Below are positions 12,328 to 23,663 of a stretch of DNA of 64,000 nucleotides, piece after piece; positions within the stretch are counted from its first letter, which is position 1; every line of letters starts with the position of its first letter. Origin of the DNA: an uncultured beta proteobacterium (GTDB lineage Bacteria > Pseudomonadota > Gammaproteobacteria > Burkholderiales > JAEUMW01). The position numbers and the translations under genes were made by a program. The notes beneath the pieces are model-generated. The model was given only the letters and a program-made list of their open reading frames with translations. It had not been told where the DNA came from and did no database searches. The DNA is taken from NCBI GenBank assembly GCA_963719715.1, contig CAVRDD010000049.1:147779-211778 (forward strand), read 5' to 3'.

Positions 12328-13895
12328 ATGAACACCATCAAGCAAGCGCTCCTCAGCGTCTCCGACAAGACCGGGCTCGTCGACTTTGCCAAGGTACTAC
12401 ACGGTCTCGGCGTCACCCTCCTGTCCACCGGTGGCACCGCCAGCCAGCCTGCGCGATGCAGGCGTTCCGGTCACCGACGTCTCGCGACTACACCGGCTTT
12501 CCGGAAATGCTCGACGGTCGCGTGAAGACCCTGCACCCGCGGGTCCACGGCGGCATCCTCGCCCGTCGCGATCTGCCCGCGCACATGGACGCACTGAACA
12601 CGCACGAGCATACCCCCCATCGATCTCGTCGTCGTCAATCTGTATCCCTTCAGCGCTACGGTGGCGAAAGAGGACTGCACCTTCGACGAGGCGATCGAGA
12701 ACATCGACATCGGCGGTCCCGCCATGGTGCGTTCCGCCGCGAAGAATCATGCGCACGTGGCGGTGGTGACGGATCCCGCCGACTACCCGTCACTCGCCGC
12801 CGAGCTCACCTCCAGCGGTGGTGCGTTGAGCCCCGCGACGCGCCTCGGTCTGGCGAAGAAGGCGTTTTCGCACACGGCCGCTTACGATGGTGCGATCAGC
12901 AACTATCTCACCGCGCTGGAGACCGATGGCGGCCGCAATCGCTTCCCGGCCCGACTCAATCTCCAGTTCGACAAGGTGCAGGACCTGCGCTACGGCGAGA
13001 ACCCGCATCAGGACGCCGCGTTCTACCGCGATCTCGCTCCGCCGGCGGGCGCGCTCGCGCAGTATGTCCAGATCCAGGGCAAGGAGCTCTCCTACAACAA
13101 CATTGGCGATGCCGATGCGGCATGGGAGTGCGTGAAGACCTTCGACGAGCCTGCGTGCGTCATCGTCAAGCACGCCAATCCCTGCGGCGCTGCCGATCGG
13201 CGATACGCCGCTCGCGGCCTATCGTCTCGCGTTCAGCACCGATCCGACGTCCGCGTTCGGCGGCATCATCGCCTTCAACCGTCGCGCTCGATGGCGCGAC
13301 GGCCAATGCAGTCGCGCAGCAGTTCGTGGAGGTGGTGATCGCACCTGAGGTCGACGCGCGGCGCGAGCGGTGCTGGCCGCCAAGGCGAACATCCGTGTAC
13401 TGGAGCTGCCGCTGCGGCGCCGGCGCGAATCGTTACGATCTCAAGCGCGTCGGCGGCGGTCTGCTGGTGCAGACGCCGGATACGGCGAACGTCGCCGTCG
13501 ACGAGCTGAAGGTGGTGTCGCGCAAGGCGCCGACCGCCGCGCAGACTGCACGACCTTCTCTTCGCCTGGCGCGTGGCGAAGTTCGTCAAGTCCAACGCCA
13601 TCCTGTTCGCCCTCGAGGCCAGACCGTCGGCGTCGGCGCCGGGCAGATGAGCCGCGTCGACAGCGCGCGCATCGCCTCCATCAAGGCGCGCAACGCCGGG
13701 CTCTCGCTGAACGGCTCGGTGGTCGCGTCCGACGCCTTCTTCCCTTTCCGCGACGGCGTCGACGTCATCGCCGAGGCGGGTGCGACGGCCATCATTCAGC
13801 CGGGCGGCAGCCTGCGCGACGAGGAGGTCATCGCAGCCGCCGACGAGCACGGCATGGCGATGGTATTCACCGGCTTGCGCCACTTCCGGCACTGA
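12328..13895 (+). pseudogene. purH: bifunctional AICAR transformylase / IMP cyclohydrolase PurH, many frameshifts
   Basis: [65 protein letters not shown] and [32 protein letters not shown] are distributed over all three frames (ORFs 12328, 12456, 12661 and others). Confidence 0.9.
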
Positions 13896-13897
13896 TC

Positions 13898-15183
<1,286 letters not shown>

Positions 15184-15186
15184 TTA

Positions 15187-16104
15187 TTGGCAGCGGAGGT
15201 CGCGAGCGTGGATACGCAGGACGTCAAGGCGTACCTGACCGGCCTGCAGGAACGCATCGTAGCCAGCTTGGCCGATGCCGATGGCAGTGTGTTCCAGCGC
15301 GATCACTGGGAACGGCCGGAAGGCGGGGGCGGCGTCAGCGCCCTAGTGGAGGAGGGGAATCTCTTCGAGCGCGCCGGCGTGCTGTTCTCCCACGTCCATG
15401 GCGACCGTCTGCCACCTTCGGCGAGCGCGGCGCGGCCGGAACTGGCGGGCCGCTCGTTCGAGGCGATGGGCGTCTCGCTCGTCTTGCATCCACGCAACCC
15501 CTTCGTCCCCACCGTGCATCTCAACGTGCGCCTGTTCTCGGCGCAGCACCCGGACGCGCCGCCGGTATTCTGGTTCGGCGGCGGCATGGATCTCACGCCG
15601 TACTATCCGTTCGAGGACGATGCGATCCATTTCCACCGCACGTGCCGCGACGCGCTCGCGCCTTTCGGTGCCGAGCTCCACGCGCGCTTCAAGAAATGGT
15701 GCGACGAGTATTTCTATCTGCGACACCGCGGTGAGCCGCGCGGCATCGGCGGCATTTTCTACGACGATCTCGCCACGCCGGATTTCGAGACGTGCTTCGC
15801 GTTGACGCGCAGCGTCGGCGATCATTTTCTGTCGGCCTACCTGCCGATCGTCGAGCGGCGCCGGGATCTGCCTTTCGGCGAGCGCGAACGCGACTTCCAG
15901 GCTTACCGCCGCGGGCGCTACGTCGAGTTCAACCTGGTTTTCGATCGCGGCACGCTCTTCGGCCTCCAGTCCGGCGGACGCACCGAGTCGATCCTGTTGT
16001 CGCTGCCGCCGCTGGTGAAGTGGCGTTACGACTGGCGGCCGCAGCCCGGCACGCCGGAAGCGCGTCTCTACTCAGACTTTCTGGTGGCGCGCGACTGGGT
16101 CTGA
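15187..16104 (+). CDS. hemF: oxygen-dependent coproporphyrinogen-III oxidase
   Basis: Intact, 305 aa. [47 protein letters not shown] and LVKWRYDW are present. TTG start at 15187, with an in-frame GTG at 15208 as an alternative. Confidence 0.9.
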   Translation: MAAEVASVDTQDVKAYLTGLQERIVASLADADGSVFQRDHWERPEGGGGVSALVEEGNLFERAGVLFSHVHGDRLPPSASAARPELAGRSFEAMGVSLVLHPRNPFVPTVHLNVRLFSAQHPDAPPVFWFGGGMDLTPYYPFEDDAIHFHRTCRDALAPFGAELHARFKKWCDEYFYLRHRGEPRGIGGIFYDDLATPDFETCFALTRSVGDHFLSAYLPIVERRRDLPFGERERDFQAYRRGRYVEFNLVFDRGTLFGLQSGGRTESILLSLPPLVKWRYDWRPQPGTPEARLYSDFLVARDWV

Positions 16105-16307
16105 CGCAGGCGCCGGTCATGGGTACCGGAACCGTTCTGCATAACGAATAGCTTATGGCAATGATCATGAAAAGTGATTGGAGCGCGGACTTGGGCTTGC
16201 GTATCGACGCTGTACCGCACACGGGTTTACCCATGCGCGCCAAGCGCTTCCCGGCGTCGGGCGAAGCTCCATGTGGGGCTTGCAGGAGTCTCCTTCTCGT
16301 GATCTTC

Positions 16308-16342
16308 GGCGCCCTTCCTGGGCGCCATTCTTTTTCTTTCTT
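16308..16342 (+). terminator. intrinsic terminator-like hairpin GGCGCCC-TTCCT-GGGCGCC followed by ATTCTTTTTCTTTCTT
   Basis: 7-bp GC stem and a T-rich tail, read directly. It lies about 200 nt downstream of the hemF stop. Confidence 0.5.
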
Positions 16343-16390
16343 GCCGCCTCGCCAGTGCTCGCGACGAGCATTCTTAAGCCGCTGAATCTT

Positions 16391-16428
16391 GTGTCAAATT
16401 GACACGCGCAGAAGTCTGAGGCTAAAGT
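16391..16428 (+). promoter_or_regulatory. putative liv operon promoter (TTGACA-18 nt-TAAAGT) with the palindrome GTGTCAA-A-TTGACAC over the -35
   Basis: TTGACA is at 16399-16404, TAAAGT at 16423-16428 and the 7-1-7 perfect palindrome at 16391-16405. GGAG lies 6 nt upstream of the livK ATG at 16487. Confidence 0.4.
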
Positions 16429-16486
16429 CTGCCGACATCGAGTCCCGCCTCACTTTCCCTCCCCCTCTTCCACCTTCGGAGCGTTC

Positions 16487-17734
16487 ATGATCAACAGACA
16501 CATCGCAGCCGGTCTCGCACTTGCCCTGTGCGTTACGGTTGCCGCCTGCAGCAAGAAGGAAGAGGCACCCGCGCCCAAGGCTGACGCCGCCAAACCTGCG
16601 GCAACCGCCACGATCGTAAAGATCGGCGTGGCCTCGCCGCTCACCGGCCCGCAGGCGCACATCGGCAACGACATCAAGAACGGCGTGCAGCTCGCGGTCG
16701 AAGATCTGAACGCGCAAGGCGTTGTCATCGGCGGCAACAAGAGTCGAAGTTCGTGCTGGTCGCGGAGGATGACGAAGCCAACCCGACCAAGGCCACCACG
16801 GTCGCCCAGAAGCTCGCAGATGCGAAAGTCGCCGGGGTGGTCGGCCACTTCAACTCGGGCGCATCGATCCCGGCATCGAAGATTTATTCCGACGCCGGCA
16901 TCCCGCAGATCTCGCCGTCGTCGACCAATCCAAAATACACGCAGCAGGGCTTCAAGACGACGTTCCGCGTCGTCGCCCATGACGACCAGCAGGGTCCGAC
17001 GCTCGCCACGTTCGCGGTCGAGAAGCTCGGCGCGAAGAACGTTGCGGTGATCGACGACAGCACCGCCTACGGTCAGGGTCTCGCCGATGCGTTCGAGAAG
17101 ACGGCCGCGTCGCTCGGCGCGAAGATCGTCGCGCGCGAGCACACGACCGACAAGGACACGGACTTCACCGCGATTCTGACCAAGATCAAGGGTACGCAAA
17201 CCGGATCTCATCATGTTCGGCGGCATCGATCCGCAGGCCGGCCCGATGGCGAAGCAGATGGCCTCGCTCGGCATCAAGGCGAAACTGATCGGCGGCGACG
17301 GCATGCAGACGCCGAACTTCGTCAAGCTCGCGGGCGAGGCGGCGGACGGTCAGATGGCCTCGATGCCCGGCCTGCCGAAGGAAAAGATGCCGGGCGGGCA
17401 GAAGTTCATGGACAAGTACAAGGCGAAGTTCGGCAAGGACGTTGAGCTTTTCGCGCCGATGGGCTATGACGCGGTGTTCGTCTTCGTCGATGCCATGAAG
17501 CGCGCGGGTTCAACCGATCCCGCGAAGTACCTGCCCGAGGTCGGCAAGACGAAGATCGAAGGCGTGATCGGCCCCATCGAGTTCGACGACAAGGGAGACC
17601 TCAAGAACGGACCGATCACCGTCTACGTCGTGGAGGGCGGTGCGTGGGTGCCGTTGGAGACCGTGATTCCGGGCGGCGACAAGGTCGCGGCCACGGAGCC
17701 CGAGAAGAAGACTGCCGACGGCGGTTCGAAGTAA
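16487..17734 (+). pseudogene. livK: branched-chain amino acid ABC transporter substrate-binding lipoprotein, two compensating frameshifts (near 16740 and 17200)
   Basis: Lipobox VAAC, then IVKIGVASPLTGPQAHIGNDIKNG in ORF 16487. VAGVVGHFNSGASIPASKIYSDAGIPQISPSSTNP is in ORF 16753. The tail in ORF 17213 is in the same frame as the start. Confidence 0.8.
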
Positions 17735-17757
17735 CTCCCTTCCTTCAGATGTGAGCC

Positions 17758-17781
17758 GTGCGGCACCCTAGGGTGCCGCAC
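17758..17781. repeat. perfect 24-nt palindrome GTGCGGCACCCTAGGGTGCCGCAC between livK and livH (intercistronic stem-loop)
   Basis: Read directly. It gives a stem of about 10 bp around a CTAG centre, 24 nt after the livK stop and 13 nt before the livH ATG, with no T-tail. Confidence 0.5.
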
Positions 17782-17793
17782 GCACGTCATACC

Positions 17794-18717
17794 ATGGACA
17801 TCTTCCTGCAGCAGATCATCAACGGCCTCGTGCTGGGCAGCATCTACGCCCTGGTCGCGCTCGGCTACACGATGGTCTACGGCATTCTCGGTCTCATCAA
17901 CTTCGCGCATGGCGACATCGTCATGGTGGGCGCGATGGTCGCGCTCGCCGTCTTCCAGTTGCTGGCCGCGAGCGGCATGCCGGTGCCCGTCACCGTATTG
18001 CTCGCGCTGGTCGCCGCGATGATGGTCTGCATCGCACTCGGGGTGTCGATCGAGCGCATCGCCTATCGTCCGCTGCGGCGCGCACCGCGGCTGGCACCGC
18101 TGATCACCGCGATCGGCGTCTCGATCCTGATCCAGTACACGGCGGCGCTGATCTGGGGCAAGCAGTACATCGCTCTGCCGCCACTTTTCAAGACGACGCA
18201 GCTCCACCTGGGCGGCGCGCACATGACCGACCTGCAGGCCGCAATTTTCATCCTCGCCTGCGCGGTGATGGCGAGCCTCTACTGGTTCGTCACGCGCACC
18301 CGCATGGGGGCCGCGATGCGCGCCACCGAGCAGAACCCGGACGTGGCGGGCCTGATGGGCATAAACATCAACCTCATCATCGCGCTCACCTTCGTGATCG
18401 GCTCCGGCCTCGCCGCCGTAGCCGGCCTGATGGTCGTCCTCTATTACGGGATCGGCCACTATTACATGGGCTTCGTCCTCGGTCTCAAAGCCTTCACCGC
18501 TGCCGTGCTGGGCGGCATCGGCAACGTCACCGGCGCCATGCTTGGCGGACTTCTGCTCGGCGTCATCGAAAGCCTCGCCTCGGGCTACATCGGCGACCTC
18601 ACGGGTGGCGTCTTCGGCAGCAACTATCGCGATGTCTTCGCTTTCCTGGTGCTCGTATTGGTGCTCATCTTCCGACCCTCGGGGCTGATGGGTCAGCCTT
18701 CGGCGGAACGCGCCTGA
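17794..18717 (+). CDS. livH: branched-chain amino acid ABC transporter permease
   Basis: MDIFLQQIINGLVLGSIYALVALGYTMVYGILGLINFAHGD. Typical LivH, intact. Confidence 0.9.
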   Translation: MDIFLQQIINGLVLGSIYALVALGYTMVYGILGLINFAHGDIVMVGAMVALAVFQLLAASGMPVPVTVLLALVAAMMVCIALGVSIERIAYRPLRRAPRLAPLITAIGVSILIQYTAALIWGKQYIALPPLFKTTQLHLGGAHMTDLQAAIFILACAVMASLYWFVTRTRMGAAMRATEQNPDVAGLMGININLIIALTFVIGSGLAAVAGLMVVLYYGIGHYYMGFVLGLKAFTAAVLGGIGNVTGAMLGGLLLGVIESLASGYIGDLTGGVFGSNYRDVFAFLVLVLVLIFRPSGLMGQPSAERA

Positions 18718-18731
18718 GCCGGAGGAGTACG

Positions 18732-19793
18732 GTGCCCGGACTCCAGAACACTTCGTTCACGGTCCGCATCCTCGTCTACGCCGCGATAACCGCACTGCTG
18801 CTGGTGCTGCCGTTCGTGGTCGAGCCACTGCTCGGCCGCACCTGGGTGCGCATCATCGACATCGCGCTGCTTTTTGTCATGCTCGCGCTCGGCCTCAACA
18901 TCGTGGTCGGCTTCGCCGGTCTGCTGGATCTCGGATATGTCGCCTTCTTCGCCGTCGGCGCGTATCTCTACGCGCTCCTCGGCTCGCCGCATTTCGGCAT
19001 CCATTGGCCTTTCTTCGTGGTTCTGCCGCTGTGCGCCGCGCTCGCCTGCCTGTTCGGCCTGCTGCTCGGTGCGCCGACGCTGCGACTGCGCGGGGACTAC
19101 CTCGCCATCGTCACCCTCGGCTTCGGCGAGATCATCCGCATCTTTCTCAACAACCTGAACCGTCCCATCAACATCACCAACGGGCCGCTCGGCATCACGC
19201 TCATCGACCCGATCCGCTTCGGCGACTTGTCCCTCAGCCAGCAGCACGTCGTTGGCGATCTGACGTTCGCGCCCGTGCACAGTTATTACTACGTCTTTCT
19301 CGCCTGCGTGGCGCTTTCCATCGCCATCTCGCTGCGGCTGGAGGATTCGCGCATCGGCCGCGCTTGGATCGCAATCCGCGAGGACGAAATCGCCGCCAAG
19401 GCCATGGGTATCCATACGCGCAACGTGAAGCTGCTCGCCTTCGCCATGGGGGCGAGTTTCGGTGGTGTCTCGGGCGGACTGTTTGCCGCCTTCCAGGGCT
19501 TCGTGAGTCCGGAGAGCTTCGCGCTGCTCGATTCCATCATGATCCTCTGCATGGTCGTGCTCGGCGGGATGGGTCATGTACCCGGTGTCGTGCTCGGCGC
19601 CATCCTGCTCACCGCGCTGCCGGAAGCGCTGCGCTACGTCGGGCCGCTGCAGCAGCACTGGTTCGGCGAGGTGCTGATCGATCCGTCGGATCTGCGCATG
19701 CTGCTCTTCGGCCTGGCGCTGGTCCTCATGATGCTCTTTCGGCCGGCCGGACTCTGGCCCTCGCGCGTGCGCAAACGCGAGTTCGCAAAGTGA
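18732..19793 (+). CDS. livM: branched-chain amino acid ABC transporter permease
   Basis: 353 aa multi-TM protein. GLNIVVGFAGLLDLGYVAFFAVGAY and AIREDEIAAKAMGI are LivM motifs. Confidence 0.9.
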   Translation: MPGLQNTSFTVRILVYAAITALLLVLPFVVEPLLGRTWVRIIDIALLFVMLALGLNIVVGFAGLLDLGYVAFFAVGAYLYALLGSPHFGIHWPFFVVLPLCAALACLFGLLLGAPTLRLRGDYLAIVTLGFGEIIRIFLNNLNRPINITNGPLGITLIDPIRFGDLSLSQQHVVGDLTFAPVHSYYYVFLACVALSIAISLRLEDSRIGRAWIAIREDEIAAKAMGIHTRNVKLLAFAMGASFGGVSGGLFAAFQGFVSPESFALLDSIMILCMVVLGGMGHVPGVVLGAILLTALPEALRYVGPLQQHWFGEVLIDPSDLRMLLFGLALVLMMLFRPAGLWPSRVRKREFAK

Positions 19794-20557
19794 GCGTGCT
19801 GCTCGAAGCTTCTGGTGTGGGCAAGCGCTTCGGCGGCTTGCAGGCACTCTCCGAGGTTTCGATCGCCATCGATCGCCACTCGATCTACGGTCTGATCGGC
19901 CCCAACGGCGCCGGCAAGACGACCTTCTTCAACGTGCTGACAGGACTCTATTCGCCCGACGGCGGCAGCATCGTGTTCGACGGCACGTCGATCGCCGGAC
20001 TCGAGCCACACGCGGTCGCCGCCGCCGGTGTCGCGCGCACCTTCCAGAACATTCGTCTCTTTGCCAACATGACCGCCATCGAGAACGCGATGGTCGGACG
20101 CCACGTGCGCACGCGCGCGGGCGTGTGGGGCGCGATCACGCGCAATGCGAGCACGCGCGCCGAGGAGGCCGCGATTGCGCGCCGCGCGAAGGAGGTGCTG
20201 GACTACGTGGGGATCGGGCGGCACGCGCACGCACTGGCGAAGAATCTCTCCTACGGCGACCAGCGCCGCCTCGAGATCGCGCGGGCGCTGGCCACCGAGC
20301 CGCGCCTGCTGGCGCTCGACGAGCCTGCCGCCGGCATGAATGCGACCGAGACGGGCGCGCTGCGCATCCTGATGGAGCGTATTCGCGCCGACGGCGTCAC
20401 CATTCTGCTGATCGAGCACGACGTGAAGCTCGTCATGGGTCTGTGCGACCGCGTGGCCGTGCTCGACTACGGCAAGAAGATCGCCGAAGGCGCGCCCTCG
20501 CAGGTGCAGCGCGATCCGGCCGTGGTCGAAGCGTACCTGGGCGGCGAAATCGCGTGA
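19790..20557 (+). CDS. livG: branched-chain amino acid ABC transporter ATP-binding protein
   Basis: GTG start overlapping the livM stop. Walker A GPNGAGKTT, signature LSYGDQRRLEIARAL and Walker B LLALDEPAAG are present. Confidence 0.9.
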   Translation: MSVLLEASGVGKRFGGLQALSEVSIAIDRHSIYGLIGPNGAGKTTFFNVLTGLYSPDGGSIVFDGTSIAGLEPHAVAAAGVARTFQNIRLFANMTAIENAMVGRHVRTRAGVWGAITRNASTRAEEAAIARRAKEVLDYVGIGRHAHALAKNLSYGDQRRLEIARALATEPRLLALDEPAAGMNATETGALRILMERIRADGVTILLIEHDVKLVMGLCDRVAVLDYGKKIAEGAPSQVQRDPAVVEAYLGGEIA

Positions 20558-21285
20558 GTGCAGATGCCAGCCCGGCGAAGCCGCTGCTCGAAGTACGCCA
20601 CCTGCGCGTTGCCTATGGCGGCATCAACGCGGTCAAGGGCATCGATTTCGATGTCAACACGGGCGAGGTGGTCGCGCTCATCGGCGCGAACGGTGCCGGC
20701 AAGACGACGACGCTCAAGGCGATCACCGGACTGGTCCATGTCGCGGGCGGCTACGTGCATTTTGAAGGCAAGTCCATCACTGGCCATCCCGCGCACACGC
20801 TTGTCCGCCAAGGCATCGCGCTGGTCCCGGAAGGACGCGGCATTTTCGGGCGACTCAAGGTCGAGGAGAATCTCGACATCGGCGCCTATTGCCGTACCGA
20901 CAAGGCCATCGGCGCGGATCGCGAACGCGTCTACGGCCTCTTCCCGCGGCTCGCGGAGCGCCGGCGGCAACTCGCCGGCACGCTGTCGGGTGGCGAGCAG
21001 CAGATGCTGGCGATCGGCCGCGCGCTGATGAGCCGCCCGCGGCTCCTGCTGCTGGACGAGCCGAGCATGGGCCTGGCCCCGATCCTGGTCCAGAAGATCT
21101 TCGAGGTGATTCGCTCGATCGCCCGCGAGGGCGTCACGCTGGTGCTGGTGGAGCAGAATGCGAAGCTTGCCCTGCAGGTGAGCGATCGCGGTTATGTCAT
21201 GGAAAGCGGCATCATCTCGCTTGCCGATCGTTGCGAGCGCCTGCTTGCCAATCCGCAGGTGCAGGCCGCCTATCTCGGCGAATAA
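20554..21285 (+). CDS. livF: branched-chain amino acid ABC transporter ATP-binding protein
   Basis: GTG start overlapping the livG stop. [27 protein letters not shown] and [13 protein letters not shown] are present. Confidence 0.9.
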   Translation: MSADASPAKPLLEVRHLRVAYGGINAVKGIDFDVNTGEVVALIGANGAGKTTTLKAITGLVHVAGGYVHFEGKSITGHPAHTLVRQGIALVPEGRGIFGRLKVEENLDIGAYCRTDKAIGADRERVYGLFPRLAERRRQLAGTLSGGEQQMLAIGRALMSRPRLLLLDEPSMGLAPILVQKIFEVIRSIAREGVTLVLVEQNAKLALQVSDRGYVMESGIISLADRCERLLANPQVQAAYLGE

Positions 21286-21307
21286 CGCACACGTCAGGGA
21301 GACGCGC

Positions 21308-21727
21308 ATGAAGAGCTATCGCAAGGAGCTGTGGTTCGACACCCCGAGCCGGGTGGCCTTCATCAACATCACGGGCGAGGTGCGGGAGTGCCTGAAGGCG
21401 AGCGGGGTGCAGGAGGGTCTGCTGCTCGTGAACGCGATGCACATTACCGCCTCGGTCTTCATCAACGACGACGAACCCGGTCTGCACCACGACTACCGCC
21501 AGTGGCTCGAGACTCTGGCGCCGCATGAGCCGGTCGACTCCTATCGACACAACGACACCGGCGAGGACAATGCCGACGCGCACATGAAGCGTCAGGTCAT
21601 GGGTCGCGAGGTGGTGGTCGCGATCACCAAGGGGCAACTCGACTTCGGGCCTTGGGAACAGATCTTCTATGGCGAGTTCGACGGCCGCCGCCGCAAACGG
21701 GTGCTCGTCAAGATCGTCGGGGAGTGA
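21308..21727 (+). CDS. YjbQ/UPF0047 family protein (secondary thiamine-phosphate synthase-like)
   Basis: 139 aa. [18 protein letters not shown]...[19 protein letters not shown]...[13 protein letters not shown] is typical of the YjbQ family. Confidence 0.8.
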   Translation: MKSYRKELWFDTPSRVAFINITGEVRECLKASGVQEGLLLVNAMHITASVFINDDEPGLHHDYRQWLETLAPHEPVDSYRHNDTGEDNADAHMKRQVMGREVVVAITKGQLDFGPWEQIFYGEFDGRRRKRVLVKIVGE

Positions 21728-21902
21728 CCTGCCGACTGCGCTGCTGCCGCTCAAAGCGTAGCCAATCCGCCGACGAATAATCGAAACAAAGCATTGCAAG
21801 TGGCGCCCACGTGCGGGGCACGCAACTTGCGTATTGCGCAGACCTCCGCAGTTCTCAACTGGGCCGAAGGATATCTCGAGCCCCCATGTCTACAATCAAG
21901 CC

Positions 21903-23660
21903 ATGCAAGTCGTTCGGGGCGGACTCGTCGCAGTGACCGCCGCGATCCTGACCGGCGCACTTGCCTTTCTGTACGTCCACACCGCAGGCGGTGAATTCGC
22001 TCGCCAGGCGGACATCGCGGCCTTGCTGCGGCGTCTGAAGGAGATCGACAACCGCTGGGACAGCGAGGTATTGCGGCGGGAAAGCGGTGTACGGCGTGCA
22101 GTCCCCGCGCTCGGTCGCCCGGCAGGTGAGGTCGATCGCACGGAGCAGTCGCTGACGTCCGCGCTGCGCGAGGGCGGCGACGCGAGTCTGGTCGATGGAT
22201 TCGCGCCGGTGGCCACAGCGCTCGCCGAAAAGAAGGCGTCGCTCGATCGCTACCACGCTGTGGCCGTCGCGGCGCAGGATGCCTTGCGCAACGCGCTTCA
22301 ATCCCTTCACGTCGCCGCCCTCGCGCCCGCGACCACCGGCAAGTTTGCCGCCGCGCTCATCGCCTGCGACGCGACGCCCGCCGAGAACGCCAGCCGCCTT
22401 GAAGCCGACCTTGCCGCGCTGGAGCAGCGGTCGGCCGGTTTGCCGGCCGCCACCCGGGAGGCGCTTGCGGCACTGGCTGCGAAGATTCGGATGTTCCTGG
22501 CGCACCGGCGCGAGGAAGCTGCGAGCGCGCACGAACTCTCGTTCGCGACCGCCGGGGCCCGCCTCGACGCGTTCACCGCGAGCACCGAGGAGCGCTTCGC
22601 GAAAGCGGCGCAGAAGCGCGACCTCTATCGGATCTACCTGTTGTACTACACCGCTGCGCTGCTCATCCTGCTGGCGTATCTGGGGGCGCGCCTTGCCCGC
22701 AGCTACCGCACGATCGGCCATATGAACCAAGCGCTCAGCGATGCCAACGACACCCTCGAAAGGCGGGTGGCCGAGCGCACCCGCGCGCTCGACAACGCGC
22801 TGGCAAGTCTCAAGGAATCCGAGGCACAGCTCGTCCAGTCGGCGAAGATGTCGTCCCTCGGCCAGATGGTGGCCGGGGTTGCGCACGAGATCAATACACC
22901 CCTCGCCTACGTCAAGAACAGCCTCGGTGCTGTGGCTGACCGCCTTCCGGAAGTGGGTGTCGCTCTGCATGAAGCGTCCGTCCTCATGCACATGCTCGAG
23001 CAGGGCAGCGACAGTGAGGAGGCGCTAGGAGAGCAGTTTTCGCGCACGGCCGCCCACGTCTCCAGACTGCATGAGGAACAGGCGGTCGAGGACGTGTGCG
23101 CGCTCGCCCGCGACGGTCTGCACGGCATCGATCAGATCGGGGGGCTGGTCGGCAATCTGCGCAACTTTAGTCGCCTCGACCGCAGCCAGGTCTGCGCCTA
23201 TGACATTAACCACGGACTGGAGAGCAGCCTCGTGCTGGCGCGCCATCTGCTCGCGGCGATCGAGATACGCCGCGAGTTCGCGGACCTGCCGACGATTCGC
23301 TGCTCACCCTCGCAGGTCAACCAGATCTTCCTGAACCTCATCACCAATGCGGCACAGGCCCTGAGCCGCGATGGCGCATGCCTGACGCTCCGCTCCCGGT
23401 CGGAAGGGAAAGCCTGTGTGGCGGTCGAAGTCGAGGACAACGGCGGCGGCATTCCGGCCGAGGTGCTGCCGAAGATTTTCGATCCGTTCTTCACCACCAA
23501 GGAGATCGGCAAGGGCACCGGCCTCGGGCTTTCCATCGCCTACAAGATTGCGGAACAGCACGGCGGTCGCATCGACGTTGCCTCCACCGTCGGCGTCGGC
23601 ACACGTTTCACTGTCGTGCTTCCGATCTCCGTGCCGGCGGCGGTGGAACTCGCTGCCTGA
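21903..23660 (+). CDS. transmembrane sensor histidine kinase (two TM segments flanking a ~240-aa alanine-rich helical sensor region; HisKA + HATPase_c)
   Basis: TM1 is [17 protein letters not shown] and TM2 is [20 protein letters not shown] coiled-coil linker precedes the H-box [14 protein letters not shown]-box [14 protein letters not shown]1 EDNGGGIP and G2 [10 protein letters not shown]. The start is chosen at an internal ATG of ORF 21834. Confidence 0.85.
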   Translation: MQVVRGGLVAVTAAILTGALAFLYVHTAGGEFARQADIAALLRRLKEIDNRWDSEVLRRESGVRRAVPALGRPAGEVDRTEQSLTSALREGGDASLVDGFAPVATALAEKKASLDRYHAVAVAAQDALRNALQSLHVAALAPATTGKFAAALIACDATPAENASRLEADLAALEQRSAGLPAATREALAALAAKIRMFLAHRREEAASAHELSFATAGARLDAFTASTEERFAKAAQKRDLYRIYLLYYTAALLILLAYLGARLARSYRTIGHMNQALSDANDTLERRVAERTRALDNALASLKESEAQLVQSAKMSSLGQMVAGVAHEINTPLAYVKNSLGAVADRLPEVGVALHEASVLMHMLEQGSDSEEALGEQFSRTAAHVSRLHEEQAVEDVCALARDGLHGIDQIGGLVGNLRNFSRLDRSQVCAYDINHGLESSLVLARHLLAAIEIRREFADLPTIRCSPSQVNQIFLNLITNAAQALSRDGACLTLRSRSEGKACVAVEVEDNGGGIPAEVLPKIFDPFFTTKEIGKGTGLGLSIAYKIAEQHGGRIDVASTVGVGTRFTVVLPISVPAAVELAA

Positions 23661-23663
23661 GGC

